Positions 47,138 through 56,533 of a stretch of DNA of 64,000 nt are shown one piece after another. This stretch comes from an uncultured bacterium (GTDB lineage Bacteria; Babelota; Babeliae; Babelales; Babelaceae). Location of the stretch: NCBI GenBank assembly GCA_963819815.1, contig CAWFXL010000001.1, forward strand, positions 960,001-1,024,000, given 5' to 3'. The notes beneath the pieces are model-generated. The model was given only the letters and a program-made list of their open reading frames with translations. It was not told the origin of the DNA and did no database searches. Both the position numbers and the translations under genes were made by a program. Position 1 is the first letter of the stretch; each line of letters starts with the position of its first letter.

Positions 47138-48070
47138 ATGAAATTCGTCCTCCCTACTTGTCTAACTATTCCACTGCTTTGTAGTATCATAAATATTTCT
47201 GTTCCTCTCTATGCAAAGCGCCATAGCCTTATCAATAAAACTGAACGCTATGAAAAGCGTGCCAAAGCAGCAGCACAAGCACACAGCCCCCTTGCTTCAG
47301 CATTGAGTAAGCAGACTAAGCATATGTCATATGAAGAAGCAATCATTGCCCAAGACTATTATCGTACTGCTAAGGAGCCTGACATGGTCATGAAAACGGG
47401 CGAGCGCATACTAGCAGTTGGGGGAAACCAGACCATTCAAGGTGTTCAAGAAGTTTTAAGGAAAACTCGTCTTGAACTTGCTGAGCTTTCCTTAGATAAA
47501 AAGAAATATGCCGATGCTGAACGGCATGCTCAAGATTACTTAACCTTTTATCCAGGTTCTGCTGAAAGCAAAAAAGCTTCTTTCATTTCTCTCAGTGCAG
47601 CGCATCGTTCTCAACTACATTCGCATCGCGACCAACAAAAAACAGTAACTACAATCGAACAAGCTACTGCATTTCTCGAAAAATATCCTCAGGACGCTGA
47701 GTTTCGTCCTAATGTAGAGCAGATGCTCCATCAAAGTTATCTGAAGCTCATTCGTAGTGAGCTTAATATTATCGAAACTGAGCTTATGTTATGGAGATGC
47801 AATAACACTCCCGCCATCCTTCAGGCAGCAGATAAACGGCTCCTAGATATCAAAGAAAAATTTCTTTCTCATGCACCCGAAGCTCGCAAACGGGTACTTG
47901 AAAAAGAAATACTCATCTCAGAAGCACTTGGTAATACTGAGCGGATGCAGACAGCTCAGAAAGAGTTAGCATCACTCCCTCCACAAACGACTCCAGCTCA
48001 GACAAACACCAGTTCATGGCAGACGGTAAAAAACTATTTTAATGAAGATATTAGTGCTTATTTTGCTTAA
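47138..48070 (+). CDS. BamD-like TPR protein
   Basis: A.....YL.FYPGS, RDQ.KT...I.....FL.KYP pattern typical of BamD; start set at ATG 47138. Confidence 0.6.
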   Translation: MKFVLPTCLTIPLLCSIINISVPLYAKRHSLINKTERYEKRAKAAAQAHSPLASALSKQTKHMSYEEAIIAQDYYRTAKEPDMVMKTGERILAVGGNQTIQGVQEVLRKTRLELAELSLDKKKYADAERHAQDYLTFYPGSAESKKASFISLSAAHRSQLHSHRDQQKTVTTIEQATAFLEKYPQDAEFRPNVEQMLHQSYLKLIRSELNIIETELMLWRCNNTPAILQAADKRLLDIKEKFLSHAPEARKRVLEKEILISEALGNTERMQTAQKELASLPPQTTPAQTNTSSWQTVKNYFNEDISAYFA

Positions 48071-48100
48071 TCGGTGAGGAAGAAGTACAGAGTGGGTGAG

Positions 48101-48415
48101 CTATTTTTTAAGCTTACACAGAATAAGATCTTTCAAGCTCATCTCGTTTTCCATGGCTTCAGAGGCAAGTTGAGCATGTAGATCGCTGCCCATTTTGAGC
48201 TTCAACTTTCCTGAATAACTTCTTTGCGGTTCTTTGTTACCAAGCTCGCAATTCCACTCAAGGTAATTATCAACAGAATCTCTGAATGCTTGATTAAGTT
48301 CATCAACTGACGCCCCTTGAAACGATATGACATCTTTAATGCCGATAACAGTCCCAAAGAATAGCCTGTCTGAAGGGTAGTAGGTTACCTTGCCAACATA
48401 TCCTTTATAATGCAT
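48101..48415 (-). CDS. hicB: HicB-family antitoxin (no intact hicA adjacent)
   Basis: YKGY.G.V.Y......FFG.V.GI.DVISFQG.SV.EL..AF..SVD.YL; C-terminal YSGK..L...LH..L RHH-type region. Confidence 0.88.
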   Translation of the reverse strand: MHYKGYVGKVTYYPSDRLFFGTVIGIKDVISFQGASVDELNQAFRDSVDNYLEWNCELGNKEPQRSYSGKLKLKMGSDLHAQLASEAMENEMSLKDLILCKLKK

Positions 48416-48599
48416 AGTGCCTCCATTTTGTTAAAATCGGTTTTCTCAAACTCATCCACTCCTTTTCTTATAGTGCCTGTAATATATAGCATTCAATACA
48501 ACTGATGTAATAACATGAGAGCATACTACCACAGAGCAGTACTATGCGTCAAATAATCTTGCTTGATCCATGAATAGATAAAGCATCACACAACAAGTT

Positions 48600-49469
48600 T
48601 TAGTGATTCTTAATAGACAGTGCACAGATAAGCCAATTTTTCCAGTCTGCAGAGCTCTCTTCAAGAGACCAACATGCAGCAAGTACTGCCTGTGAAAAAC
48701 TTACTCTCACCAGAAATTCCCTATCAGATGCAAGAAGATCGGCAAACTGATCAAATCGACGTCCTATCAAAGTGGATCTATTTGGATTGTTAATAATGTT
48801 CAAAAGAGGATTGCGCATATAGGCGCCAACATCAAAGCCAAATGGGGCCAGCACACCTTTTGGATCGATAGCAACCCATCCACGCTCACTCGCTAACACA
48901 TTTCCTTGATGCAGATCACCATGCGCTAAGAAGCAGGGTTGCGCTTCCTCAATGAGTTCACGCACCCAACGTCGTGCCAGCATAAGATATTCTTGTGGAA
49001 TCTCAGGGTGATCTATATAGAGGGCACGAAACCATTCTTTCATATCCGGAAATTCACAATTTTCAGAGGTGACCTTAAACTTCTTTATCAGTTCGGCAAC
49101 AATCGCTGTTGCTTCTTCATCATCGACAGCAAGAACAGTCCCTGGCTCTAGGCGCTCAAGCAGTAACGCTCCTTGGTCACTATCATACTCATATACCCGA
49201 ACAGCGCCATTGCCAGCATAGGCACTCAAGGCAAGCCATTCTCTATGAAGGCTCAACTCATCACAACTCAGTTTTAGTACTACAGGACCATGTGGACTCT
49301 TAGCATGAGCAACGAAGGCATAGGAAAGATCAGGGAAAAGCACAATATCGGTCAGTTGCCATCGCAAAGTCAACAAAGCTATACGCACATCCAAGCTCTT
49401 TAACCAGTCAATACCTGACGCACCCCATGTGCGCTGTATAGTAGTAACAAAAGACTCTGGCAGATTCAT
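48600..49469 (-). CDS. Aminoglycoside/hydroxyurea resistance kinase (APH(6)/StrB-like)
   Basis: G..WL..L, VVLKL, G.GAVR, LLLERL.PG, HGDLH.GNVL, W.AIDPKG. Confidence 0.85.
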   Translation of the reverse strand: MNLPESFVTTIQRTWGASGIDWLKSLDVRIALLTLRWQLTDIVLFPDLSYAFVAHAKSPHGPVVLKLSCDELSLHREWLALSAYAGNGAVRVYEYDSDQGALLLERLEPGTVLAVDDEEATAIVAELIKKFKVTSENCEFPDMKEWFRALYIDHPEIPQEYLMLARRWVRELIEEAQPCFLAHGDLHQGNVLASERGWVAIDPKGVLAPFGFDVGAYMRNPLLNIINNPNRSTLIGRRFDQFADLLASDREFLVRVSFSQAVLAACWSLEESSADWKNWLICALSIKNH

Positions 49470-49536
49470 TTCATAACTCTATTAGGCCTAGAACACCATT
49501 AGGATGCACCCAGCTAGGCACGACCATCAAAAACTC

Positions 49537-50679
49537 TTATGACTTCTCCTGCAGGCATAAGATGATCGTTTCACAATTGTCTTTGATAGCTTCTTCATAT
49601 TCAGCCTTATCCTCATCAGATATGTTCATTGACTCAATCAATTCTTTGAAAAGTGCTAGATAAGTTTCTGCATGAAGACCTTCGATACATTTTTGGGCAA
49701 CATCTTGATGGACAGAACAAATACGGGCAGCCTGAACAAGTTTTGTCCAGTTATTGGTAAAGCGATATACCGTAATAATATTTTGCTCTTCGTCCTCTTC
49801 TGGACATAAAATACACTCAATGCGAAGATGCACTCGCTTTTCAAGGAGAGAATATATCAAAGCTCCTGCCTCCTCTGAAACGCTTTTTTTCAGTCCCAAT
49901 TCTCTCAGTCGCTCGCCCGAGTGAGGATGGGTAGAAAGAGGACTTTTCAGATCAGGCTCAAAGCCTTCTACCGTTTTAAAAAAATCGGCAGCAGCTTCCC
50001 GGATTTCATCTGCCCCATAGAGAGGTGCAAGTCTTTCAAGGGCAATCGCATCAGCCTCAAACTCTTGTGATCTCGAGAGCTTGCTCGCAAGAAGAGCCCC
50101 TAACCTATAACAAGCACTCACAATGTTTGAGTAGATAAAAAAATCGCATCCAACTTCTCTATACGATTTAGAGATCCAGGGTGTGTGCTCTTCTAAGGAA
50201 GCGTATGCCTTCTCTGAAAGTTTATAATGCTTATCAAGCTTTCTAAAAAGATACCACCCAATAAGAGGAATCCCAAATTGAAACATAACGCGTGGAAGAA
50301 CATGAGCTTTTTCAACGTGAGCAAGCTCATGAGCGATCACAAACTTTTGTGAAAGAGGAGCTTTTTTATACGTATTGAACCAATCATCACTAAAATATAG
50401 GTTGTTGCCCAAACAGTGAGGTCCTAGATATGCGCGCAAGGGATGATATGCATATACATCTACACCTTCTATATTCATTTCCTTAGCAACAGATCTAACA
50501 AACTCTTCATGAGCTGAGCTAAGTGTACCACTTTGTTGGTTAGCAAGTTTGAAAAGGCCTTCCACGAGGTTTCCCAAAATGCCATTGCAGAGCCTACGGG
50601 CACTAAAACTGGCGTTAGCTGAACAGAGAAAAAAGCTCATCGAAACAAGAATCGTTCTTGCTAGAATATGGTTCATCAA
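49537..50679 (-). CDS. M48-family zinc metallopeptidase
   Basis: HELAH, SR.QEFEAD, STHP....R motifs; leader and TM segments. Confidence 0.85.
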   Translation of the reverse strand: MMNHILARTILVSMSFFLCSANASFSARRLCNGILGNLVEGLFKLANQQSGTLSSAHEEFVRSVAKEMNIEGVDVYAYHPLRAYLGPHCLGNNLYFSDDWFNTYKKAPLSQKFVIAHELAHVEKAHVLPRVMFQFGIPLIGWYLFRKLDKHYKLSEKAYASLEEHTPWISKSYREVGCDFFIYSNIVSACYRLGALLASKLSRSQEFEADAIALERLAPLYGADEIREAAADFFKTVEGFEPDLKSPLSTHPHSGERLRELGLKKSVSEEAGALIYSLLEKRVHLRIECILCPEEDEEQNIITVYRFTNNWTKLVQAARICSVHQDVAQKCIEGLHAETYLALFKELIESMNISDEDKAEYEEAIKDNCETIILCLQEKS

Positions 50680-51022
50680 ATTTCCTTATACTATAAGATA
50701 CATAGGTCTGTAGAGAGAATTAGTAGCTGAAATAGTAGCTACTGTTAAGTATATAGTACCAGCAAGAAACCTCAACTCAACTAATCCCGCTCCTTGCCAC
50801 ACCTCCCACTCGATCAACACTGTCCCCTTACCTATTGACGAACACCCCGAGAGATACAACCTGCTAAACTGGTATGCACCGCTCGTCCATGATACCTCTA
50901 AGCCTCAACAGTCTTTATTCTATGTAGTAGAAAATCATGCGCTCAAGAATCATCTGAAGTTCGCTATTCCTCTGATTCTTTGTATACTCTAGAAAGACCC
51001 TGCAACCGCAACGCACAATACG

Positions 51023-51670
51023 ATGAGAGAACTCTATATACGACTCATTACCGGATTCACCTTAGGGATTTTTGCACTAGGGCTATTCTTTCTTCCGGCC
51101 TGGGCATTTGGGCTCCTGTGCCTTGGTCTCCTAATTCGAATACTCGTGAGGGAATGGCCCCGCCTTATAAAGCCTCAGGATCCCTTATTCTGGGCACTTA
51201 TGCCTTTCTATCCGATTCTTCCTGTAGTCATGATTGTCTATCTTCAATGCACGGGATACGACCTGCTTAATCTTATGCTCATTACGCTGGTAGCCGCACA
51301 GGATACAGGCGCTTACTTTATAGGAAAACATTTGGGTAAGCACCCTATTAGTCCTGCTATTAGTCCGAAGAAATCTTGGGAAGGATTTGTTGGAGGAACG
51401 GTATTCTCTTTTTTGTGCTCACTCGTATTTTTTGGAAACAATGCAGTAGCACTTATCATTGGATCTGTAGTACCTTTTGTCTTGAGTATCAATTTCGCTG
51501 CACTAGCAGGGGATCTTTTTGAATCTTTCTTAAAAAGACGCGCCGGTTTAAAAGATGCAGGCACGATGCTTCCAGGACATGGTGGCATACTCGACCGTAT
51601 AGATGGTCTTCTCTTTGCGGCAGTGATTGTATTTCTCACCAGAAATTGGCTTATTCTCTTACTTGGTTAG
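51023..51670 (+). CDS. cdsA: Phosphatidate cytidylyltransferase
   Basis: DTGAYF.G, ISPKKSWEG, GDLFES.LKR.AG.KD.G..LPGHGG.LDRID. Confidence 0.95.
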   Translation: MRELYIRLITGFTLGIFALGLFFLPAWAFGLLCLGLLIRILVREWPRLIKPQDPLFWALMPFYPILPVVMIVYLQCTGYDLLNLMLITLVAAQDTGAYFIGKHLGKHPISPAISPKKSWEGFVGGTVFSFLCSLVFFGNNAVALIIGSVVPFVLSINFAALAGDLFESFLKRRAGLKDAGTMLPGHGGILDRIDGLLFAAVIVFLTRNWLILLLG

Positions 51671-52906
51671 GAAGCTTAGCAGGTCTTTTTGATGAACTTC
51701 TTGAGATTCACTGGTAACCATATTCTTAACGGTAACTACCTTTTTTGCTTGCTCGTCTGGTCCAATAATAAGCGCATACTTAGCACCCAACTTATTAGCC
51801 TGGCGCATCGAGCTTTTAATTGAATCACCCTCAACCAGCACTTCAGTGCAGAGATTGCGTGCCTGAAGCTCATCTGCTATGAGCAATGCTAACGTATATT
51901 GCTCAGGGCTGAGTGGCACAAGAGCATATAAAACTTTCTTACTTGGAAGGGGCAATTGGTCCTTAATCCTCTCAAGCATAAGAAGAATTCGCTCAATACC
52001 TAAAGACGCTCCTAACGAAGGCACATGATTTTTTGATCCAATCTCTTCAGCAAGAGAATCATAGCGCCCTCCACCACAAAAAGCATTCTGCGCACCAAGC
52101 TCAGTACTCACAAATTCAAACACGGTCTTATTATAGTAATCAAGACCCCGAACTAGATTAGGCTTATACGAGTACGAAACTGAAAGCTGTTCAAGGGTAT
52201 CTTTTAAAGTCTGCCATTCTGCACTACAGGCAGAACATAGATGATCTGCAATAAACGGTGCCTTTTTATAAATCTCTTGGCATGTTTCAACTTTACAATC
52301 AAAGATACGCATAATGTTACGCTCTTTGCGTACCTTGCAGTTCTCACACAGGGCAGTTTCATGCTTGTTTAAAAAGACATGGAGCTTTTTTTTATACTCA
52401 TCTCGGTCTGCCTTGCAGCCAAGAAAATTAATGAGAAGTCCGTAAGTATCAAGATGGAGCGTCTCATGAAAAAACCTATCGAGCATTTTAATAAGCTGAG
52501 CATCCTGATAAATAGAGACAGAACCAATAATTTCAATGGTCATTTGATGAAACTCTCTATAGCGTCCTTTTTGAGGCCGTTCATGACGGAACATAGGTCC
52601 CCACATAATAACCTTCCACGGAGTGAGCAGATTCCCCTCATTGAGAAATGCACGAACACAAGAAGCTGTCGCCTCTGGACGCAAACAAATAGTAGGATCA
52701 GCGACAAGCGTATACATCTCCTTAGAGACAACATCAGTTTCAAGACCGAGTGACCTTTGAAATAACTCTACTGGCTCTAAAACAGGCGTCGATATCTCAA
52801 TAAAATTATAGCACTCAAAATGTGCCTTCGCTTTATCGATCAGAAAGTTGAATAACGTAAGATCAAGAAAATCTTGCGTTCCCTTAACACGCTGAAACAT
52901 AGTCAT
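51659..52906 (-). CDS. hisS: Histidine--tRNA ligase
   Basis: KGT.D, LRPE.TA, FRHERPQKGRYREFHQ, LVRGLDYY, GGGRYD, G.ER. Confidence 0.98.
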   Translation of the reverse strand: MTMFQRVKGTQDFLDLTLFNFLIDKAKAHFECYNFIEISTPVLEPVELFQRSLGLETDVVSKEMYTLVADPTICLRPEATASCVRAFLNEGNLLTPWKVIMWGPMFRHERPQKGRYREFHQMTIEIIGSVSIYQDAQLIKMLDRFFHETLHLDTYGLLINFLGCKADRDEYKKKLHVFLNKHETALCENCKVRKERNIMRIFDCKVETCQEIYKKAPFIADHLCSACSAEWQTLKDTLEQLSVSYSYKPNLVRGLDYYNKTVFEFVSTELGAQNAFCGGGRYDSLAEEIGSKNHVPSLGASLGIERILLMLERIKDQLPLPSKKVLYALVPLSPEQYTLALLIADELQARNLCTEVLVEGDSIKSSMRQANKLGAKYALIIGPDEQAKKVVTVKNMVTSESQEVHQKDLLSFLTK

Positions 52907-53195
52907 CGCTCATCAAATACCGGGTGAATACTAGGTTAACCTGCTCTTACTCTACTCTCTTTGATGAAGAATGCAACTCTAGTCCTATTCTTTATTTCTA
53001 GAAGATGCGTCCTGCTGGGTCATTTCATCTCACGTCACTACTACCGTGCGAGCACCTTTAAACTTTTCAGGGAGAACTCAAAACGGGCTCACATTTTCGT
53101 TAGACACACTAGACCTGTTGCCATAAATCTTTGATTAGGTGCTTCTGATATACGTTTCAACATTTCTATAATTCTCCCAGGGCCCCTTTCCCCTT

Positions 53196-53282
53196 CTGCT
53201 CAAAAGGCATAAAATTGAGACTTGAGCAGTTTGCTTTGACATAATTAACTGCTCATGATATAATTATCTTCAACTTGAGCAG
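53196..53282 (+). promoter_or_regulatory. Consensus sigma70 promoter with two CTGCTCA-N20-TGAGCAG palindromes
   Basis: TTGACA 53236-53241, 17-bp spacer, TATAAT 53259-53264; palindromes at 53196-53229 and 53249-53282. Confidence 0.85.
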
Positions 53283-53291
53283 GGAGCGTGT

Positions 53292-54728
53292 ATGTCACAT
53301 TCTATTTTTATCGGTCGAAAACACGAACTAGAGCGATTAAAAGAGCTCCATAGTAAACGAGGCCCCAGTTTGGTGGTCATCAAGGGCAGAAGAAGGATAG
53401 GAAAAAGCCGCCTTGTCGCTGAATTTGCCGCTTCTTATACAGAAAATAACTTCTGGAGTTTTGCAGGCCTTGCACCACAGGATGGCGTTACGGCTCAAGA
53501 ACAAAGAGATCATTTTGCACGGCAACTGGCTTTATTCCTGAAAATACCCCCTTTGACCTTCTCCGATTGGAGCGATGCCTTTGAGCACCTATCACTCCAT
53601 ATTAAGAGTGGAGATATTATTCTTTTTGATGAAATTTCGTGGATGGGTTCGAAGGACTCAAGCTTTGTTCCTAAATTAAAAGCCTGGTGGGACAAGCAGA
53701 GGGCTCATCTTATGCTCGTCATTTGTGGTTCTGTATCAACGTGGATTGATGACAATATCCTAAAAAGCACCGCCTTATTTGGTCGCATTAATTTGAGTAT
53801 GACACTTGAACCTTTATCTATCCCTGAAAGCGCTGAGCTTTTGAAAAAAAAAGCGTTCAAGGGCTCCTATTATGATGTCTATAAGCTTTTAAGCATACTC
53901 GGTGGCATTCCATGGTATTTAGAGCAGGTCAATCCTGCTCTCACCGCAGATGAGAACATCAAGCAGCTCGCATTTGAGAAGAACGGTTTACTAGTACATG
54001 AATTTGATCGAATTTTTAATGATCTCTTTGACCGTAAGGGCACTACCTATAAGAAGATATTGGAGTCATTAAAAGATGGTGCAAAAACACTTAAAGAAGT
54101 GCGTCAGATGCTTGATTTCGCCCATAGCGGTACCCTCAGTGCCATGATGGGGCATTTGGTTACCGCAGGTTTTGTTCACAAGAATCTGCTATGGTCCTTC
54201 AAAACAACACATTCGCTCAAGCAGAGTCTCTATCGCATAAGTGATCCTTACATGAGATTCTATTTTAAGGTTATAGAGCCTAACTTACAAAAAATAGCTT
54301 CAGGAGGGTTTCAGGGAGTCAGTGTGTCTTCGATACCAGGCTTTGATGCTCATCTAGGTCTACAGCTTGAGTATTTATTGCTTCAAAATAGAACTCTGCT
54401 CATAAAAGCTATCGGTGTTGAACCATCAGATATTGTGCATGATGGGCCCTATCGACAAACCGCTACCACAACACACAAGGGTTGTCAGATAGACTACCTC
54501 ATACAAACAGCTAGCAAGAATCTCTTTATCTGTGAGTTTAAATTGAGCAGACGTGAGCTTGGCGCTGATGTAATGAGCGCAATGCAAGATAAAATCGATG
54601 CGCTGAAAGTTCCGAAGGGATTTGCGCCAGTTCCGGCACTATTTCACTTAAGTGGCGTGTCTCATGCGGTCTCAACAGCTTCCTATTTTTACCGTATCGT
54701 TGACATTGCGAGCTTTTTAGAAGAATGA
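53292..54728 (+). CDS. Archaeal-type AAA ATPase with wHTH and C-terminal PD-(D/E)xK (DUF234-like) domain
   Basis: FIGR..EL, GRRRIGKS, FDE, GGIP.YL, Y.ISDPY.RFY, QIDY......ICEFK. Confidence 0.85.
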   Translation: MSHSIFIGRKHELERLKELHSKRGPSLVVIKGRRRIGKSRLVAEFAASYTENNFWSFAGLAPQDGVTAQEQRDHFARQLALFLKIPPLTFSDWSDAFEHLSLHIKSGDIILFDEISWMGSKDSSFVPKLKAWWDKQRAHLMLVICGSVSTWIDDNILKSTALFGRINLSMTLEPLSIPESAELLKKKAFKGSYYDVYKLLSILGGIPWYLEQVNPALTADENIKQLAFEKNGLLVHEFDRIFNDLFDRKGTTYKKILESLKDGAKTLKEVRQMLDFAHSGTLSAMMGHLVTAGFVHKNLLWSFKTTHSLKQSLYRISDPYMRFYFKVIEPNLQKIASGGFQGVSVSSIPGFDAHLGLQLEYLLLQNRTLLIKAIGVEPSDIVHDGPYRQTATTTHKGCQIDYLIQTASKNLFICEFKLSRRELGADVMSAMQDKIDALKVPKGFAPVPALFHLSGVSHAVSTASYFYRIVDIASFLEE

Positions 54729-54957
54729 GATTGAGATGAAGACGCCAGCAACGCGCGCTTCACCATATGTCATTTTTTGGTAAATGAGGTAGATATTTTT
54801 AGAAGAGCAAAGTTTTGCGTAGAAATTTTCGTAATCACGTGGTATATTGCCCTCTAAAGAATTAGTACGTAGCAGAAAAATGCTACGCTTGTGGTACGTA
54901 CCTTATTCGTTGAAGCAATACAAAGAGCAGTAATTCGCGACAAAAAAGGGACCTCTC

Positions 54958-56508
54958 GTGAAAATAAGCACACGCATAATCGTCATCTCTAGCATTCTGA
55001 GTTTCCCTCTGAATGCAGGCAATACTCATAGTCATAGCTTTTACTCATTACGCCCAAACTTCCAATCGGCGATGCCTGAGCGCATATCCCTGTTCAGGAA
55101 TGATCTTCTTGAAGAATGCCAAGGCTTTGGCGGCGCTCTAGAGCTTGTTCCTTATGGAGGAGTAACAACCCAAGATGGCCGCAATAAACTAGCTCGCTAT
55201 TTCCTGCCACCAGGTTGCACAACAACCTTCCTCTTTGTAAAAGAATACAATACGGAGCGTGAAAAAAATATTGCGAATACCGATGATGGTAACCCCCTTA
55301 AAAACTTAGAAGCTCGTAATTTTAATATTCGGACGCAACAAGAAACGTTTGCCAGTACGATCAGCATATTTCCTGAACAAGCGGTATTTGGGTTTGGTAT
55401 CTGCTACAAACAAACGCTCACCGCAAAATGCGATGGAACTCCCGGGTTTTGGTTTGAAATTTCTTTGCCTATTGAACGGGTAAGAAACCGCATGAACCTT
55501 AAAGAAGTAGTAGAAAATGATGGCGGCGGACCTATAGAAGGTCCTGGTCTTGATAATGCCCCCATAGTGGGCAATATGATTGAAGCACTGAAGCAATGCT
55601 CCTGGCATTATGGAAGAATCCTAAAAAAAGATCTTACTGAAACGGGTATCGCCGACGTCGAACTCAAGTTTGGGTACAACTCATGGGCCTGTGATACCTA
55701 CACCATTGCTACCTATGCTACCATCGTCATACCGACCGGTACTCGCGTCAGAAGCAGAACCCTCTTTGAACCTATTGTCGGAAATAATAGACACTTTGGG
55801 TTCAGCTTAGGGAGCAGTTATGCCTATGAAGTATGGTGTCGTGGATCCTATACGATTCAGATGTTCCTTGACAACAATACCCGCTATCTCTTTAGTAACT
55901 ACCAGGTACGCTCCTTCGACCCTATTGGAAAGCCTTGGGGTCGTTACTTGTCGACATATCGTGGTTCTGAAGAGGCCTTCCAAGCTCTCCAAACAAACAA
56001 TCAAAATAGCGGTACGAGTGGTATTAACATCTTTACCCAATGTGTTCGAGTAAGCCCTTACCTTGCTGGTTCGTTTAATACTGCATTTCTCTTAACGAGA
56101 CACTGCGATTGCACGTCATTTGAGTTTGAAGGCGGATACAACCTCTTTATTCGTCAGGCTGAAAATATCGACCTTGAAAGCTCAACACGAATAAGTGATG
56201 CCGCAATAAAGGGAATAAACGGGATGGGCTTCACTACCATTGCCCGAAATATAGCTGATAACTTCCAGGCAAGCCAGTTTGCCCTCAAAGAGCGCTATGC
56301 AACGCTCTCAAACTGCGACATCGATATAGAATCCGGTGCACACCCCGCTACTATTTCAAACACCATTTACGGTACATTAGGCTATCGTTGGGAACAAGAG
56401 TGTCCATACCTCGTCGCAATCGGCGGATCCTATGAATTTACAACTCTTGAGGTAAATGCAGCACCTGATAGGTGGTTGATTTGGGGGAAATTTGCTGTAA
56501 CCTTTTAA
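54958..56508 (+). CDS. Putative Cys-rich outer-membrane beta-barrel protein
   Basis: Signal peptide, amphipathic strands, terminal WGKFAVTF (BAM-type C-terminal Phe), about 12 Cys. Confidence 0.65.
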   Translation: MKISTRIIVISSILSFPLNAGNTHSHSFYSLRPNFQSAMPERISLFRNDLLEECQGFGGALELVPYGGVTTQDGRNKLARYFLPPGCTTTFLFVKEYNTEREKNIANTDDGNPLKNLEARNFNIRTQQETFASTISIFPEQAVFGFGICYKQTLTAKCDGTPGFWFEISLPIERVRNRMNLKEVVENDGGGPIEGPGLDNAPIVGNMIEALKQCSWHYGRILKKDLTETGIADVELKFGYNSWACDTYTIATYATIVIPTGTRVRSRTLFEPIVGNNRHFGFSLGSSYAYEVWCRGSYTIQMFLDNNTRYLFSNYQVRSFDPIGKPWGRYLSTYRGSEEAFQALQTNNQNSGTSGINIFTQCVRVSPYLAGSFNTAFLLTRHCDCTSFEFEGGYNLFIRQAENIDLESSTRISDAAIKGINGMGFTTIARNIADNFQASQFALKERYATLSNCDIDIESGAHPATISNTIYGTLGYRWEQECPYLVAIGGSYEFTTLEVNAAPDRWLIWGKFAVTF

Positions 56509-56533
56509 ATAGAACATTTCTATAAGAGAGGTT

